Shown here piece by piece: positions 35,535-44,524 of a DNA stretch of 52,283 nt. Position 1 is the stretch's first letter. Every line of letters starts with the position of its first letter. Under the pieces are notes generated by a model. The model was not told the origin of the DNA. It ran no database searches and worked only from the letters and a program-made list of their open reading frames with translations. The stretch is taken from contig CAZZAE010000002.1 of NCBI GenBank assembly GCA_964652125.1, positions 1 to 52,283 on the forward strand, given 5' to 3'. A program made the position numbers and the translations under genes. The stretch is from an uncultured Candidatus Saccharibacteria bacterium (GTDB lineage Bacteria; Patescibacteriota; Saccharimonadia; Saccharimonadales; JANWIN01).

Positions 35535-37301
35535 ATGGATGAAACTAATCCTGAACCATCAAAAGCAGAAATAGAATCAGTCGAACATAAGGAAACACAA
35601 CCTGCTGTTGCTGCTCCGTTAGAAGATAAAAAAGTGCCTTCGAGTGGTAAGTTTGCCAAACTTTGGCATAAATACCTGGCTAAAAAGAAACTGACTTTTC
35701 CGCTTACTGCCCTTTTCCTAATTTTAGTGATTCTGGCGGTACCGGTTAGTCGTTATAAGGTCCTCGGTCTCTTTATTAAGAGGCAATTTAGTGTTGAAGT
35801 TCATGATGCTCAGACTAATGAGCCGGTTAGTAACGCTGATGTTAGTCTAGATGGTCAAAATACTAAGACTGATAGTAACGGCAAAGCAACTGTTACGGTA
35901 AAACCAGGAAATTCTCAACTTAGTGTTAAGAAAAATTATTACAGTGATTTTAGTCAAAAAGTTTTAGTACCGCTTAGTAAAACTAATGCAGCTTATCAAG
36001 TAAAGCTGCAAGCTACGGGACGCCAAGTACCGATCAGTGTGTCTAATAAGATTACTGGTAAGCCAATTGCAGATGCAACTATCAAGGCTAGCGGTACCGA
36101 AGCTAAGACGGGGCAAGATGGTCAAGTAACAATTGTCCTACCAATTGATCAAGCTACTCTAAAAGCAACAATATCTGCCAGTGGCTATAACGATGCACAG
36201 GCTACAATAAAGATTACCGATCAAAAAGATAAAGCCAATGATTTTAATATTGTCCCTGCCGGCAAGATCTACTTTTTATCTAAAGCTAGCGGCAATATAG
36301 ATGTAGTCAAGACGAATTTAGATGGTAGTGACCGAAAGACTGTGCTGGCTGGAACAGGCAAAGAAGACGATACCGGTACCGTATTGTTGGCATCACGCGA
36401 TTGGAAATATTTAGTTCTGCAGTCTCGTCGGGATAGCAAGCTAGCTAAGCTTTATCTAATTGATACCTCCACAGATAAACTAACAACTATTGATGAAGGT
36501 AATGCCACCTTTAATATCACTGGCTGGATAGACCATTATTTTATTTACACCGTAGATAGAATTGGAAAACAACCTTGGGAATCTAATCAAACAGCTCTTA
36601 AGAGCTTTAATGCCGACAGCAAAGTTCTTACAACTTTGGACCAAACTATTGCTGAGGGACATAATGATTTTGACTATGCCTCTCAAGCATTTGGCAGTGT
36701 TTTTGCCTTGCCTAATTCGATAGTCTACACAATAAACTGGAATAGTGATTGTAGCTCCGGCCGAATTAATAATAAGCAAGCTGAAATAGTTTCAATACAA
36801 CCGGCCGGTGGCAATAAAACCGTTATGTTAAAAAAGGGTGCACCAGCGGATGCATGTACGATTAATTTTGACGCCGTTTCGTACGAGCCAGAAGGTATTT
36901 ACTTCCAGTACAACTTTGGAAGTACTTTCTATAAATATGAAGACGGCAAGGTTGTCCAAACTAGCGATGTAAATACAGATACTTTTTTCAGCAAAGTTTA
37001 TAACACATACTTAGTATCACCCTCAGCTAAGCAAACTTTCTGGTACGAAGAGCGGGACGGTAAAAACACTCTTTTCGTTGGTGATAGCCAAGGCAAGCTT
37101 GGTAAAGTAATCGGTAATTTAACTGAATATGTCACCTATGGCTGGTATACAGATAACTATCTGTTAGTTTCTAAGAAGGGCAGTGAGTTATATATACTTG
37201 CCAACGCCCCAATTAAAGATATACAGCCACTTAAAATTACCGATTACCATAAACCGAACTTTAACTTTAATGGCTATGGCGGTGGTTACGGCGGAATTTA
37301 G
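35535..37301 (+). CDS. Single-pass membrane-anchored surface protein: two CarboxypepD_reg-like beta-sandwich modules plus TolB/PD40-like propeller region (paralogue A)
   Basis: 588 aa. Acidic N-terminus and TM LTALFLILVILAVPV. VEVHDAQTNEPVSNADVSLDGQNTKTDSNGKATV-type modules. KIYFLSKASGNIDVVKTNLDGSDRKTVLAGTG resembles a PD40 repeat. Gly/Tyr C-terminus. Confidence 0.55.
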   Translation: MDETNPEPSKAEIESVEHKETQPAVAAPLEDKKVPSSGKFAKLWHKYLAKKKLTFPLTALFLILVILAVPVSRYKVLGLFIKRQFSVEVHDAQTNEPVSNADVSLDGQNTKTDSNGKATVTVKPGNSQLSVKKNYYSDFSQKVLVPLSKTNAAYQVKLQATGRQVPISVSNKITGKPIADATIKASGTEAKTGQDGQVTIVLPIDQATLKATISASGYNDAQATIKITDQKDKANDFNIVPAGKIYFLSKASGNIDVVKTNLDGSDRKTVLAGTGKEDDTGTVLLASRDWKYLVLQSRRDSKLAKLYLIDTSTDKLTTIDEGNATFNITGWIDHYFIYTVDRIGKQPWESNQTALKSFNADSKVLTTLDQTIAEGHNDFDYASQAFGSVFALPNSIVYTINWNSDCSSGRINNKQAEIVSIQPAGGNKTVMLKKGAPADACTINFDAVSYEPEGIYFQYNFGSTFYKYEDGKVVQTSDVNTDTFFSKVYNTYLVSPSAKQTFWYEERDGKNTLFVGDSQGKLGKVIGNLTEYVTYGWYTDNYLLVSKKGSELYILANAPIKDIQPLKITDYHKPNFNFNGYGGGYGGI

Positions 37302-37308
37302 TTAATAC

Positions 37309-37337
37309 TTTACATGTTAAGCTTCATGCGATAAAGT
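37309..37337 (+). promoter_or_regulatory. Sigma70-like promoter placing the TSS at or next to the ATG of the ABC operon (leaderless candidate)
   Basis: TTTACA (37309-14), 17-nt spacer, TAAAGT (37332-37), 7 nt, then ATG at 37345. No SD in between. Confidence 0.45.
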
Positions 37338-37344
37338 AAAAAGA

Positions 37345-38343
37345 ATGAGTGATGATTTAGCTTTTGAAGTTAAAAATGTTGCCAAATACTTTGGCGATGT
37401 CAAGGCCCTTGATGGTGTTTCGCTGAGTGCCGACCAAGGTAAGATATTTGGCTTGCTCGGTCCCAATGGAGCCGGTAAAACTACTCTCGTCAATATGTTG
37501 GCTACCCTATCCGAACCAACCAAAGGTAGTCTTAAAGTTTTAGGTGTTGATGTGATGGAGCGACCGGATAAGGTTCGCAAGTTAATAGGTTTGGCTGGTC
37601 AATTTGCAGCCGTGGATGAATATCTAACTGGTGAGGAAAATCTTTATATGGTTGGGCGGTTGTATCATCTCAGTGCTAAAGAAGCCAAGAATCGTACCAA
37701 AGATATTTTGGAGCAGTTAAAGTTATCTGATGCTGCAGGTCGTTTAGCCAAGACATATTCCGGCGGTATGCGACGACGACTGGACTTAGGTGCCAGCTTA
37801 GTGGGGCGTCCTAAAATCTTATTTCTCGACGAGCCAACAACAGGGCTTGATCCGCAGACTCGACTAGATCTTTGGGACACCATAAGACAACTAGTTCGAG
37901 AAGGCACAAGCATATTGCTAACTACCCAGTACCTAGAAGAAGCCGATGAACTCGCCGACAAGATCGCCGTTATTGATAGAGGCAAGTTAATTGCCGAGGG
38001 CACTAGTAACCAACTAAAGGCTGAACTTGGTGGAGATGTCATTGAATTTGAATTAGGTAGTGCCAATCAAAAAGACAAAGCCCTGAAAGCCGTAGCTGGT
38101 ATTAGCAAGAAACAAGCAACGTATGATGAAGATAATCGTACCGTTACTGTGCCAGTAGGGAGTAATGGCTCTCGTAAATTAACTGAAGTTGTACGAAAAC
38201 TGGATCAAGCTGGTGTATCGCCACACACTTTATCTTTGCACCAACCATCACTTGATGACGTTTTTCTGACTTTGACTGGATATAAGGCATCTGATGTTGA
38301 GCAAAAGCCTAAGGCTAAAAAACGGAGGCAAAATGTGGAATAA
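37345..38343 (+). CDS. ABC transporter ATP-binding protein (DrrA-like, with C-terminal accessory domain)
   Basis: Walker A GPNGAGKTT, signature YSGGMRRRLDL, Walker B ILFLDEPTTGLD. About 100 aa of C-terminal domain. Confidence 0.9.
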   Translation: MSDDLAFEVKNVAKYFGDVKALDGVSLSADQGKIFGLLGPNGAGKTTLVNMLATLSEPTKGSLKVLGVDVMERPDKVRKLIGLAGQFAAVDEYLTGEENLYMVGRLYHLSAKEAKNRTKDILEQLKLSDAAGRLAKTYSGGMRRRLDLGASLVGRPKILFLDEPTTGLDPQTRLDLWDTIRQLVREGTSILLTTQYLEEADELADKIAVIDRGKLIAEGTSNQLKAELGGDVIEFELGSANQKDKALKAVAGISKKQATYDEDNRTVTVPVGSNGSRKLTEVVRKLDQAGVSPHTLSLHQPSLDDVFLTLTGYKASDVEQKPKAKKRRQNVE

Positions 38344-39115
38344 AATATATTTTGAAGCTGTTGATACTTGGGCTATAACTAGGCGTAATTTGCTTCGCTA
38401 CATTCGTTTACCTCAGCTTGTGTTTTTTAGTTCTATTCAGCCAATTATCTTCTTAACACTGTTTAACTTTGTGTTTGGTGGGGCGCTCAGTCATGAGGGA
38501 GCTGCCCTTCACGGGAAGTACATAAACTACTTGTTACCGGGTATTATGGTGCAAGTTACGCTTTTTGGTGGCTTGCAAACTGGTATTGGCCTAGCACGAG
38601 ATATTAACAGTGGAATTATTGATAGGTTCCGCAGTTTACCTATGAGTCGGGCCGCTGTTTTAGCTGGTCGCACTTTGGCTGATATGCTTCGCAATGTCAC
38701 AGTAGTCACAATTATGCTAATCGTTGGCTATTTTTACGGTTTTCGCTTTTCTAATGGTGTACTTGGCGCTATTGGTATGGTATCGATTCTTTTGTTGTTC
38801 GGATTTGCTTTCTCATGGTTTGCCGCATTTTTGGGCATGGCTCTCAAAGACGAAGAAACAGCCCAGTTAGCCGGTTTTGTATTTGTTTTCCCTCTGGTGT
38901 TTGCTAGTTCAGCATTTGTGCCAGTCGCTGGCATGGCTAAATGGCTTCAGCATTTTGCTAATAATCAACCAATTACATTTGCGGCCAGTGGTGCTCGTGA
39001 ATTGGCACTGGGCTTACCTAGTCATGGGGCTATATGGAAACTACTGCTGTGGGCAGCGGGTATATTACTGGTATTTGTACCGTTATCAATTCTTACATAC
39101 CGCCGTCGTACATAA
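38333..39115 (+). CDS. ABC-2 type exporter permease (DrrB-like)
   Basis: ATG at 38333 lies 4 nt after GGAGG and overlaps the ATPase stop. Six TM helices. RRNLLRYIRLPQLVFFSSIQP is typical of ABC-2 permeases. Confidence 0.85.
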   Translation: MWNKIYFEAVDTWAITRRNLLRYIRLPQLVFFSSIQPIIFLTLFNFVFGGALSHEGAALHGKYINYLLPGIMVQVTLFGGLQTGIGLARDINSGIIDRFRSLPMSRAAVLAGRTLADMLRNVTVVTIMLIVGYFYGFRFSNGVLGAIGMVSILLLFGFAFSWFAAFLGMALKDEETAQLAGFVFVFPLVFASSAFVPVAGMAKWLQHFANNQPITFAASGARELALGLPSHGAIWKLLLWAAGILLVFVPLSILTYRRRT

Positions 39116-39140
39116 GTCCGGCTGTTATACTTAAAAGCAC

Positions 39141-39467
39141 ATGAGTGATAGCCAAAATCTAGCCAAGACGGGTGGTGGTGAACTAATTCAGACTGGTAAT
39201 CCTCAAATAATTGGTAGCCCAACTCAAGCCACTTCCCAGGGTAATTTGCAGTCAAATACCAACACTGTTCTGGCTGAACAGGGGCTTAAAATTAGCAGCG
39301 TAGGTAGCTCTACTTTTAAGCCAGTAAATATATCGGTATCGACATCAATTCCTTCGCAGTCAACACCAAAATCTCGTTCCTTGCTCCCATTATCGATTGG
39401 CATCATCGCCACCGTGGCCGTACTTATTGCATCTGTTGTTTTGGCATTCAAAAAAAGCAAATACTAG
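39141..39467 (+). CDS. Small tail-anchored Ser/Thr/Gln-rich protein (function unknown)
   Basis: 108 aa. Low-complexity N-terminal 80 aa. A single C-terminal TM LPLSIGIIATVAVLIASVVLAF followed by KKSKY. Confidence 0.45.
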   Translation: MSDSQNLAKTGGGELIQTGNPQIIGSPTQATSQGNLQSNTNTVLAEQGLKISSVGSSTFKPVNISVSTSIPSQSTPKSRSLLPLSIGIIATVAVLIASVVLAFKKSKY

Positions 39468-39527
39468 CCTAAAAGCTGGGTCCTGCTAGTGCTTAAACTC
39501 TGTTAGAATATCTAACGGAAGTAACCA

Positions 39528-41522
39528 ATGGATAACACTGTGCCAGATAATCCGCCACAATCTCCCCAAGAGCAGGAGATAGAACATCGCGTCAAAGAAT
39601 TGCTAGGCTCGCCACCCCAAGATCCCAATCCAGCACCTATTGAACCTGAAAAACCAATTGAAGTAGAAAAACCTCAACCTCAGCCCCAACCTCAACCGAC
39701 AATTCAGCTTGAAACTCAAGAACAGCCTCAAGGTGCACCGCCTGTAGGCAGTGTAATAAGTCCTACTCAACCACAGTTTAGTGAACCAATTCCCAGTCCA
39801 GAAGTTCCCCTTGATACTCAGAGCATGCCTCAAGAACAAACTGGCTCAGAAGTTGGGGCTAATGCTGCCCAAGAAACTGAAGAATCAATAGCTGCCCAAG
39901 ACAAAGAAATTGACCAAGCCTTTGAGCCGGTAAAACCAAGTGGTGGTAAAATTCGGCGCTTGCTTCGGGCTTGGTGGGGTAGTAAAAAAGCAAGATGGAT
40001 TACGATTGCCGGTCTATTTGTCATTATTTTGGCTCTTTTGTTAACGCCAGCCAGCCGTTATTTTTTACTTAATAATTTTGGGGTGCGTAGCAGTGCTTCA
40101 GTTACGGTTTTAGATGATTCTACTCAGCTACCGCTTAGAAACGTATCAGTCAAGCTAGCAAATGCTTCTGGTTTAACAGATGAAAACGGTACGGTAAAGT
40201 TGTATCACATTAAACTTGGACGAACCCATCTAGATATTGGTAAAAGAGCTTTTGCCGACGTAAACCAGAATATTACTATAGGCTGGGGAAGTAATCCTCT
40301 GGGAAGTTTTAAGATACGGGCGGTTGGGGATCAATTCTCCTTTTTAATTAAGGATTGGCTGTCAGGACAGCCAGTAACTAAAGTTGAAGCTACCAGTGGT
40401 GATGCAAGCGCATTTTCCGATGCCAACGGTAAAATAGTGCTTACCATTGATCCTTCTGAAGTTAAAGACAATATGAGTGTAGTTATTAAGGCCGATACAT
40501 ATAGGGATCAAACAGTAGCCTTAGATACTACCACTAAGGTCGAGCAACCGGTTGCCATGGTTCCAGCTCGCAAAGAAGTATTCATCTCCAATCGCAGTGG
40601 CAAGTACGATCTCTATTCAATTGATATTGATGGCAAGAACGAAAGGTTAGTTTTAGCTGGCACAGGTTTGGAGCGTGATGATATGGTTTTGGTGCCGCAT
40701 CCAACTGGTGAGGTGGCTGCTCTAGTTTCTACCCGTGTTAATGTACGTAATAGTGACGGCTTTTTACTTAGTACTTTAACTCTTGTGAATGTACAAGATA
40801 ATAGTACCTTTGAGGTGGCTCAATCGGAGCGTATTCAAATAGTTGGTTGGGTTGGTGACCGGTTAGTATTCGTGCAGATTGCTGCTGGTGCTAGTGCCTC
40901 CGACCCTTCCCGTTACCGTTTAATGTCTTACAACTATAAAACTGCAGATAAACTCCAGTTGGCTTCAGCCAACTTATTCAATGATGTTATATTAGTCGGC
41001 GGTAACATTTATTATGCGATGTCTGACCCTCAATCAGGTGCAAAAGTAGGCCTTATCAAATCCAATGCCGATGGCACTATCAAAACTACTTTATTGGATA
41101 AAGAAGTTTGGAATATCTTTCGTGTTAGTTACGATACCTTGGACCTAGCCACTGCTGGACAAGACTGGTACGAGTACAAGATTGGTAACTCTAACGCCGT
41201 AAAACTCAGTGAATCCCCAGCCAATCCCAAAAGTCGTATTTATATAAATAGCCCAGATGACCTGCATAGTTTGTGGATAGATCAGCGTGATGGAAAGGGA
41301 GTTCTACTAGACTATAACCAAGCTGCTGCAACTGATAAAATTCTACAAACTCAAGGTGGACTTATTTATCCGGTTCGTTGGCTCAACGGCACTACATTTA
41401 TATACAGGGTTCATACTGACCAAGAAACAGCCGATTATGCTATGAGTGTTAATGGTGGCACGGCACGCAAGATTAAAGATGTCTATAACGCCTCTGGTAT
41501 TGATCGTTGGTATTACTATTAA
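39528..41522 (+). CDS. Single-pass membrane-anchored surface protein, paralogue B of 35535-37301
   Basis: 664 aa. Pro/Gln-rich N-terminus (PQPQPQPQP) and TM WITIAGLFVIILALLLTP. The same order of beta-sandwich modules follows (VTVLDDSTQLPLRNVSVKLANASGLTDENGTVKL). A PD40-like segment (EVFISNRSGKYDLYSIDIDGKNERLVLAGTG) is also present. Confidence 0.55.
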   Translation: MDNTVPDNPPQSPQEQEIEHRVKELLGSPPQDPNPAPIEPEKPIEVEKPQPQPQPQPTIQLETQEQPQGAPPVGSVISPTQPQFSEPIPSPEVPLDTQSMPQEQTGSEVGANAAQETEESIAAQDKEIDQAFEPVKPSGGKIRRLLRAWWGSKKARWITIAGLFVIILALLLTPASRYFLLNNFGVRSSASVTVLDDSTQLPLRNVSVKLANASGLTDENGTVKLYHIKLGRTHLDIGKRAFADVNQNITIGWGSNPLGSFKIRAVGDQFSFLIKDWLSGQPVTKVEATSGDASAFSDANGKIVLTIDPSEVKDNMSVVIKADTYRDQTVALDTTTKVEQPVAMVPARKEVFISNRSGKYDLYSIDIDGKNERLVLAGTGLERDDMVLVPHPTGEVAALVSTRVNVRNSDGFLLSTLTLVNVQDNSTFEVAQSERIQIVGWVGDRLVFVQIAAGASASDPSRYRLMSYNYKTADKLQLASANLFNDVILVGGNIYYAMSDPQSGAKVGLIKSNADGTIKTTLLDKEVWNIFRVSYDTLDLATAGQDWYEYKIGNSNAVKLSESPANPKSRIYINSPDDLHSLWIDQRDGKGVLLDYNQAAATDKILQTQGGLIYPVRWLNGTTFIYRVHTDQETADYAMSVNGGTARKIKDVYNASGIDRWYYY

Positions 41523-41581
41523 TTCTTTTATAAGTTTTAACTTATCAAGCACTGTCGTATTTGACTTGCTATAATTTGCTT

Positions 41582-41830
41582 ATGACTACAAAAAGACAAA
41601 AACAGCCAAAACTTAAAAAAGGAGCCTGGTTTTATAAAGTTCGGGGTAGCTATTTACCAGCGACTTGGCAGGGCTGGTTGACCTATGTCCCATTCGTAGG
41701 GTTTTTAATAACCGTTTTTGTGGCCGCCGATCGTACTCAGCACTCCGTCAGTGACAAGTTTTATATGATTTTTCCCCAGTGGATTGCCGCGGCTGTAGTT
41801 ATGACCTGGTTGGGCGCTCGAAAATCCTAG
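41582..41830 (+). CDS. Small two-TM membrane protein (unknown)
   Basis: 82 aa from ATG 41582. TGcTATAAT at 41567-75 lies 6 nt upstream. The TTG at 41561 in the ORF track would sit inside the promoter. Confidence 0.45.
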   Translation: MTTKRQKQPKLKKGAWFYKVRGSYLPATWQGWLTYVPFVGFLITVFVAADRTQHSVSDKFYMIFPQWIAAAVVMTWLGARKS

Positions 41831-41895
41831 TAAAAACTATTAATAAGATGCTTATGATAAAATAAAGTTGCTATTAAACAGGATAACTTCAAATT

Positions 41896-42552
41896 ATGAA
41901 ATATAGTTTACGATACCTTGCCGGGGCGACCATTATTGCCGGATCGCTAGTCGCTACTCCGCTAGTTATGGCGGAAACTTCCAGCAATACATCAACTGAC
42001 ACCACCACTACAGAAACTGAAGCTGAGACACAAGCTAGGCACGACCGCATTGAAAAGTTTAAAAGTGATCTAAAAATTAACCTGACCCTGACCCAAAAGC
42101 TTCGACTAAAGACACGTTGCAAACCGGCTCAGTCAGTTGTGGCTAAAGTTAGAAACAAATTTGGCAATAGTATTACCACTCGTACAGAGGCCTATACCGA
42201 GCTGTCTAAGAACCTAGACAAACTTATTACTAGACTTAAAGCAGCTAGTGTTGATACCTCGACGTTAGAGCAGGAAAAGACCACACTCGACACTAAAATC
42301 GCTACCTATAAGACAGATTTGGACACTTACAAGCAAGCTCTTAGCGATCTTAAGCTAGTTGATTGTCTGGCCGATCCTACCGGGTTTCAGGCTGCACTTG
42401 AAACGGCTAGGACTGATCATGATACCTTAGTTACCGACGTTGTGGGTATTAAAACTTACGTAAAAGATACAATTAAAGCTACGCTAATGACTATTCGCAC
42501 TCAGCTTGAGTCTAGTTCATCAACCGATAATTCAACTGGAGGGACTAACTAA
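41896..42552 (+). CDS. Secreted coiled-coil protein (unknown)
   Basis: 218 aa. Signal peptide LAGATIIAGSLVATPLVMAE, a Thr-rich linker, then long heptad-like helical segments. Confidence 0.5.
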   Translation: MKYSLRYLAGATIIAGSLVATPLVMAETSSNTSTDTTTTETEAETQARHDRIEKFKSDLKINLTLTQKLRLKTRCKPAQSVVAKVRNKFGNSITTRTEAYTELSKNLDKLITRLKAASVDTSTLEQEKTTLDTKIATYKTDLDTYKQALSDLKLVDCLADPTGFQAALETARTDHDTLVTDVVGIKTYVKDTIKATLMTIRTQLESSSSTDNSTGGTN

Positions 42553-42554
42553 TT

Positions 42555-43073
42555 ATGGAAGATCAACCCAACCCAACACCTAACGATAACGCGAACCAAC
42601 CAACAGCTCCATCCATGCCGCCTACCACACCGGCTGATTCTAATGATGTTTCTATGTCGCCAGAAGTGCCATCCACCTTGCCGCCAAATCCAACTTCCGT
42701 TTCCGCTCCTCAAGACCCACAAGCTGCCCCTGCAGGCTTACCGGCACATCCTTTAGCTCCTCAAGCCAGTTCTGACGCTCAACCACCGCAACAAACTCCT
42801 GCACCAGCCAAAAAGTCTGGCATGAATATGAAAGTGGTGCTAATTGTTATAATTGCCGTTGTTCTAGCTTCCGCAGCTATCTATCTTTACACTAAAAATC
42901 ATAAGTCTAAAAAATCAACCAATATCCCGGTTGCAACCACGCAAACCTCAACCAAAGTCACGGCGAATGATGTTAGCCAAACTATCGCTTCCGTCGATAA
43001 GTCTATTACTAAAGCCGACAGTTCCAATGATGTTAGTAGCAATGATCTATCCAACGGTTCACTAGGTCTATAA
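42555..43073 (+). CDS. Pro-rich single-pass membrane protein (unknown)
   Basis: 172 aa. N-terminal 85 aa are Pro/Ala/Gln-rich. TM VVLIVIIAVVLASAAIYLY, then a Ser/Thr-rich tail. Begins 2 nt after the upstream stop. Confidence 0.45.
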   Translation: MEDQPNPTPNDNANQPTAPSMPPTTPADSNDVSMSPEVPSTLPPNPTSVSAPQDPQAAPAGLPAHPLAPQASSDAQPPQQTPAPAKKSGMNMKVVLIVIIAVVLASAAIYLYTKNHKSKKSTNIPVATTQTSTKVTANDVSQTIASVDKSITKADSSNDVSSNDLSNGSLGL

Positions 43074-43138
43074 AAAGAAGTACTTAACTAGCCCCCAATA
43101 AACTTGTAGCGATCACTCAATGCTATTATTAATAAATT

Positions 43139-43738
43139 ATGGCGGCAGTTTTTGACTCTTTAAATGATAAGGATTTAATAAATCTTATTAACAATGGTAG
43201 AGTTGGTGTTTTGCCAACTGACACCATCTATGGACTTGTTTGCCGAGCGGATAATGAGCAGGCTGTAGAGCGACTCTATAAATTAAAAGAGCGTCAGCAT
43301 AAACCCGGCACTGTTATTGCAGCCAGTATTGATCAGTTAGTAGATCTGGGTTTTAAACGGCGCTACTTAAAAGCGGTTGAGCAATTTTGGCCAGGTGCAG
43401 TCAGTGTGGTCATCCCAAGTCTTGACGCGTCAACAAACTATCTCCGAATGGGTTTGCCAGATATTGCTATCCGTGTATCCAATGATAAAAAATTACAAAA
43501 TCTTCTATCTAAAACTGGGGCACTTTTAACTTCAAGTGCTAACCTGGCTAATAAAGATCCTGCAAACACTGTTGAGGAAGCTAAGCAATATTTTGATGAC
43601 AATGTGGACTTTTATGTAAACGGAGGCAATTTAGCGGATCGAGAACCGTCGACAATTATTAAAATTATTGATGATGAAATTGAAGTATTACGTCCGGGCG
43701 CTGTTAAAATAGATGTCGACAAGGGAGTTATAAATTGA
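43139..43738 (+). CDS. tsaC: L-threonylcarbamoyladenylate synthase (YrdC/TsaC family)
   Basis: 199 aa. GVLPTDTIYGLVC...KERQHKPGTVI...LTSSAN motifs of the YrdC domain. Confidence 0.85.
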   Translation: MAAVFDSLNDKDLINLINNGRVGVLPTDTIYGLVCRADNEQAVERLYKLKERQHKPGTVIAASIDQLVDLGFKRRYLKAVEQFWPGAVSVVIPSLDASTNYLRMGLPDIAIRVSNDKKLQNLLSKTGALLTSSANLANKDPANTVEEAKQYFDDNVDFYVNGGNLADREPSTIIKIIDDEIEVLRPGAVKIDVDKGVIN

Positions 43739-44067
43739 CTTTAGATGAGTACCAAGCCAAAGCGCTAACAACTGCGATTACTAATCCTGATCCCCTGATG
43801 GACAAAACAATTTGGGCTATGGGTGTGGCTGGTGAAGCCGGTGAAGTTGTTGAGAAATGGAAAAAGATTGTAGCTTATAAAGACGGCAAAGTAAGTAAAG
43901 AAGATAGGGAAGAATTCAAAAAAGAGTTAGGTGATGTAGTTTGGTATATTGCAGTTTTAGCACATAGACTGGGGCTGAGTTTAGAAGAAATCATGCAGCT
44001 AAATATCCAGAAACTGGCAAGTCGTCAAAAGCGTGGAGTTATCAAGGGTAAAGGCGATAATAGGTGA
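43735..44067 (+). CDS. MazG-like all-alpha NTP pyrophosphohydrolase
   Basis: 110 aa. AGEAGEVVEKWKK...ELGDVVWY (the EExxE...D metal motifs). TTG start overlaps the tsaC TGA, 7 nt after AAGGGAG. Confidence 0.8.
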   Translation: MTLDEYQAKALTTAITNPDPLMDKTIWAMGVAGEAGEVVEKWKKIVAYKDGKVSKEDREEFKKELGDVVWYIAVLAHRLGLSLEEIMQLNIQKLASRQKRGVIKGKGDNR

Positions 44068-44519
44068 AATTTCAGACGGCTCAACCCTATATTGCTAGCT
44101 ACGTGATTTTGCGCAGAGATTCAAAAATTGCCTGTATTTTGAGAAAAAATACTGGTTGGATGGATGGTTATTGGGGCTTACCAGCAGGAAAAGTTGAGAA
44201 AAGCGAAACGTTTATTCAAGCGGCTGTCCGCGAGGCTCGGGAAGAGGCTGGCGTAGAAGTTAAAGCAGGCGAGCTACATCACCTAATTACTGTTCATCGC
44301 TTTGACCCAAGTTCTAACGCAAAAGATTGGGTTGATATTTATTTTGAAGCGGACAAGTGGGATGGTGAACCATTTAACGCTGAACCACATGTTCATAGTG
44401 AGCTTGCTTGGCAAAGCTTAAACGATTTGCCCAAGAATATGATACCGGCAGTAAGATTTACACTCAATGAAATTAAACGAGGTAAAGTCTACAGTGAATA
44501 CGGCTGGGAAAAAGCGTGA
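44064..44519 (+). CDS. NUDIX hydrolase
   Basis: Nudix box GKVEKSETFIQAAVREAREEAGV. GTGA start/stop overlap with the upstream gene. Confidence 0.85.
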   Translation: MKFQTAQPYIASYVILRRDSKIACILRKNTGWMDGYWGLPAGKVEKSETFIQAAVREAREEAGVEVKAGELHHLITVHRFDPSSNAKDWVDIYFEADKWDGEPFNAEPHVHSELAWQSLNDLPKNMIPAVRFTLNEIKRGKVYSEYGWEKA

Positions 44520-44524
44520 GCTTA

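Noticed and set aside
37665-38066. 133-aa minus-strand ORF (and 37317-37580) opposite the ABC ATPase
   Set aside because: This is a typical long antisense shadow frame of an ABC ATPase gene. The plus strand carries Walker A, signature and Walker B motifs.
39159-39173. LAKTG in the small protein 39141-39467, resembling a class-E sortase LAxTG sorting signal
   Set aside because: The motif sits at residues 7-11, about 75 residues upstream of the only hydrophobic segment. A sorting signal needs the motif immediately before the C-terminal TM and basic tail.
39672-39700. PQPQPQPQP-coding CCTCAA-like repeat as a possible phase-variable SSR
   Set aside because: The repeat is imperfect at the DNA level (cct caa cct cag ccc caa cct caa ccg) and in-frame. 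It looks like an ordinary low-complexity linker rather than a slippage tract. No homopolymer longer than 7 nt was seen in the window.
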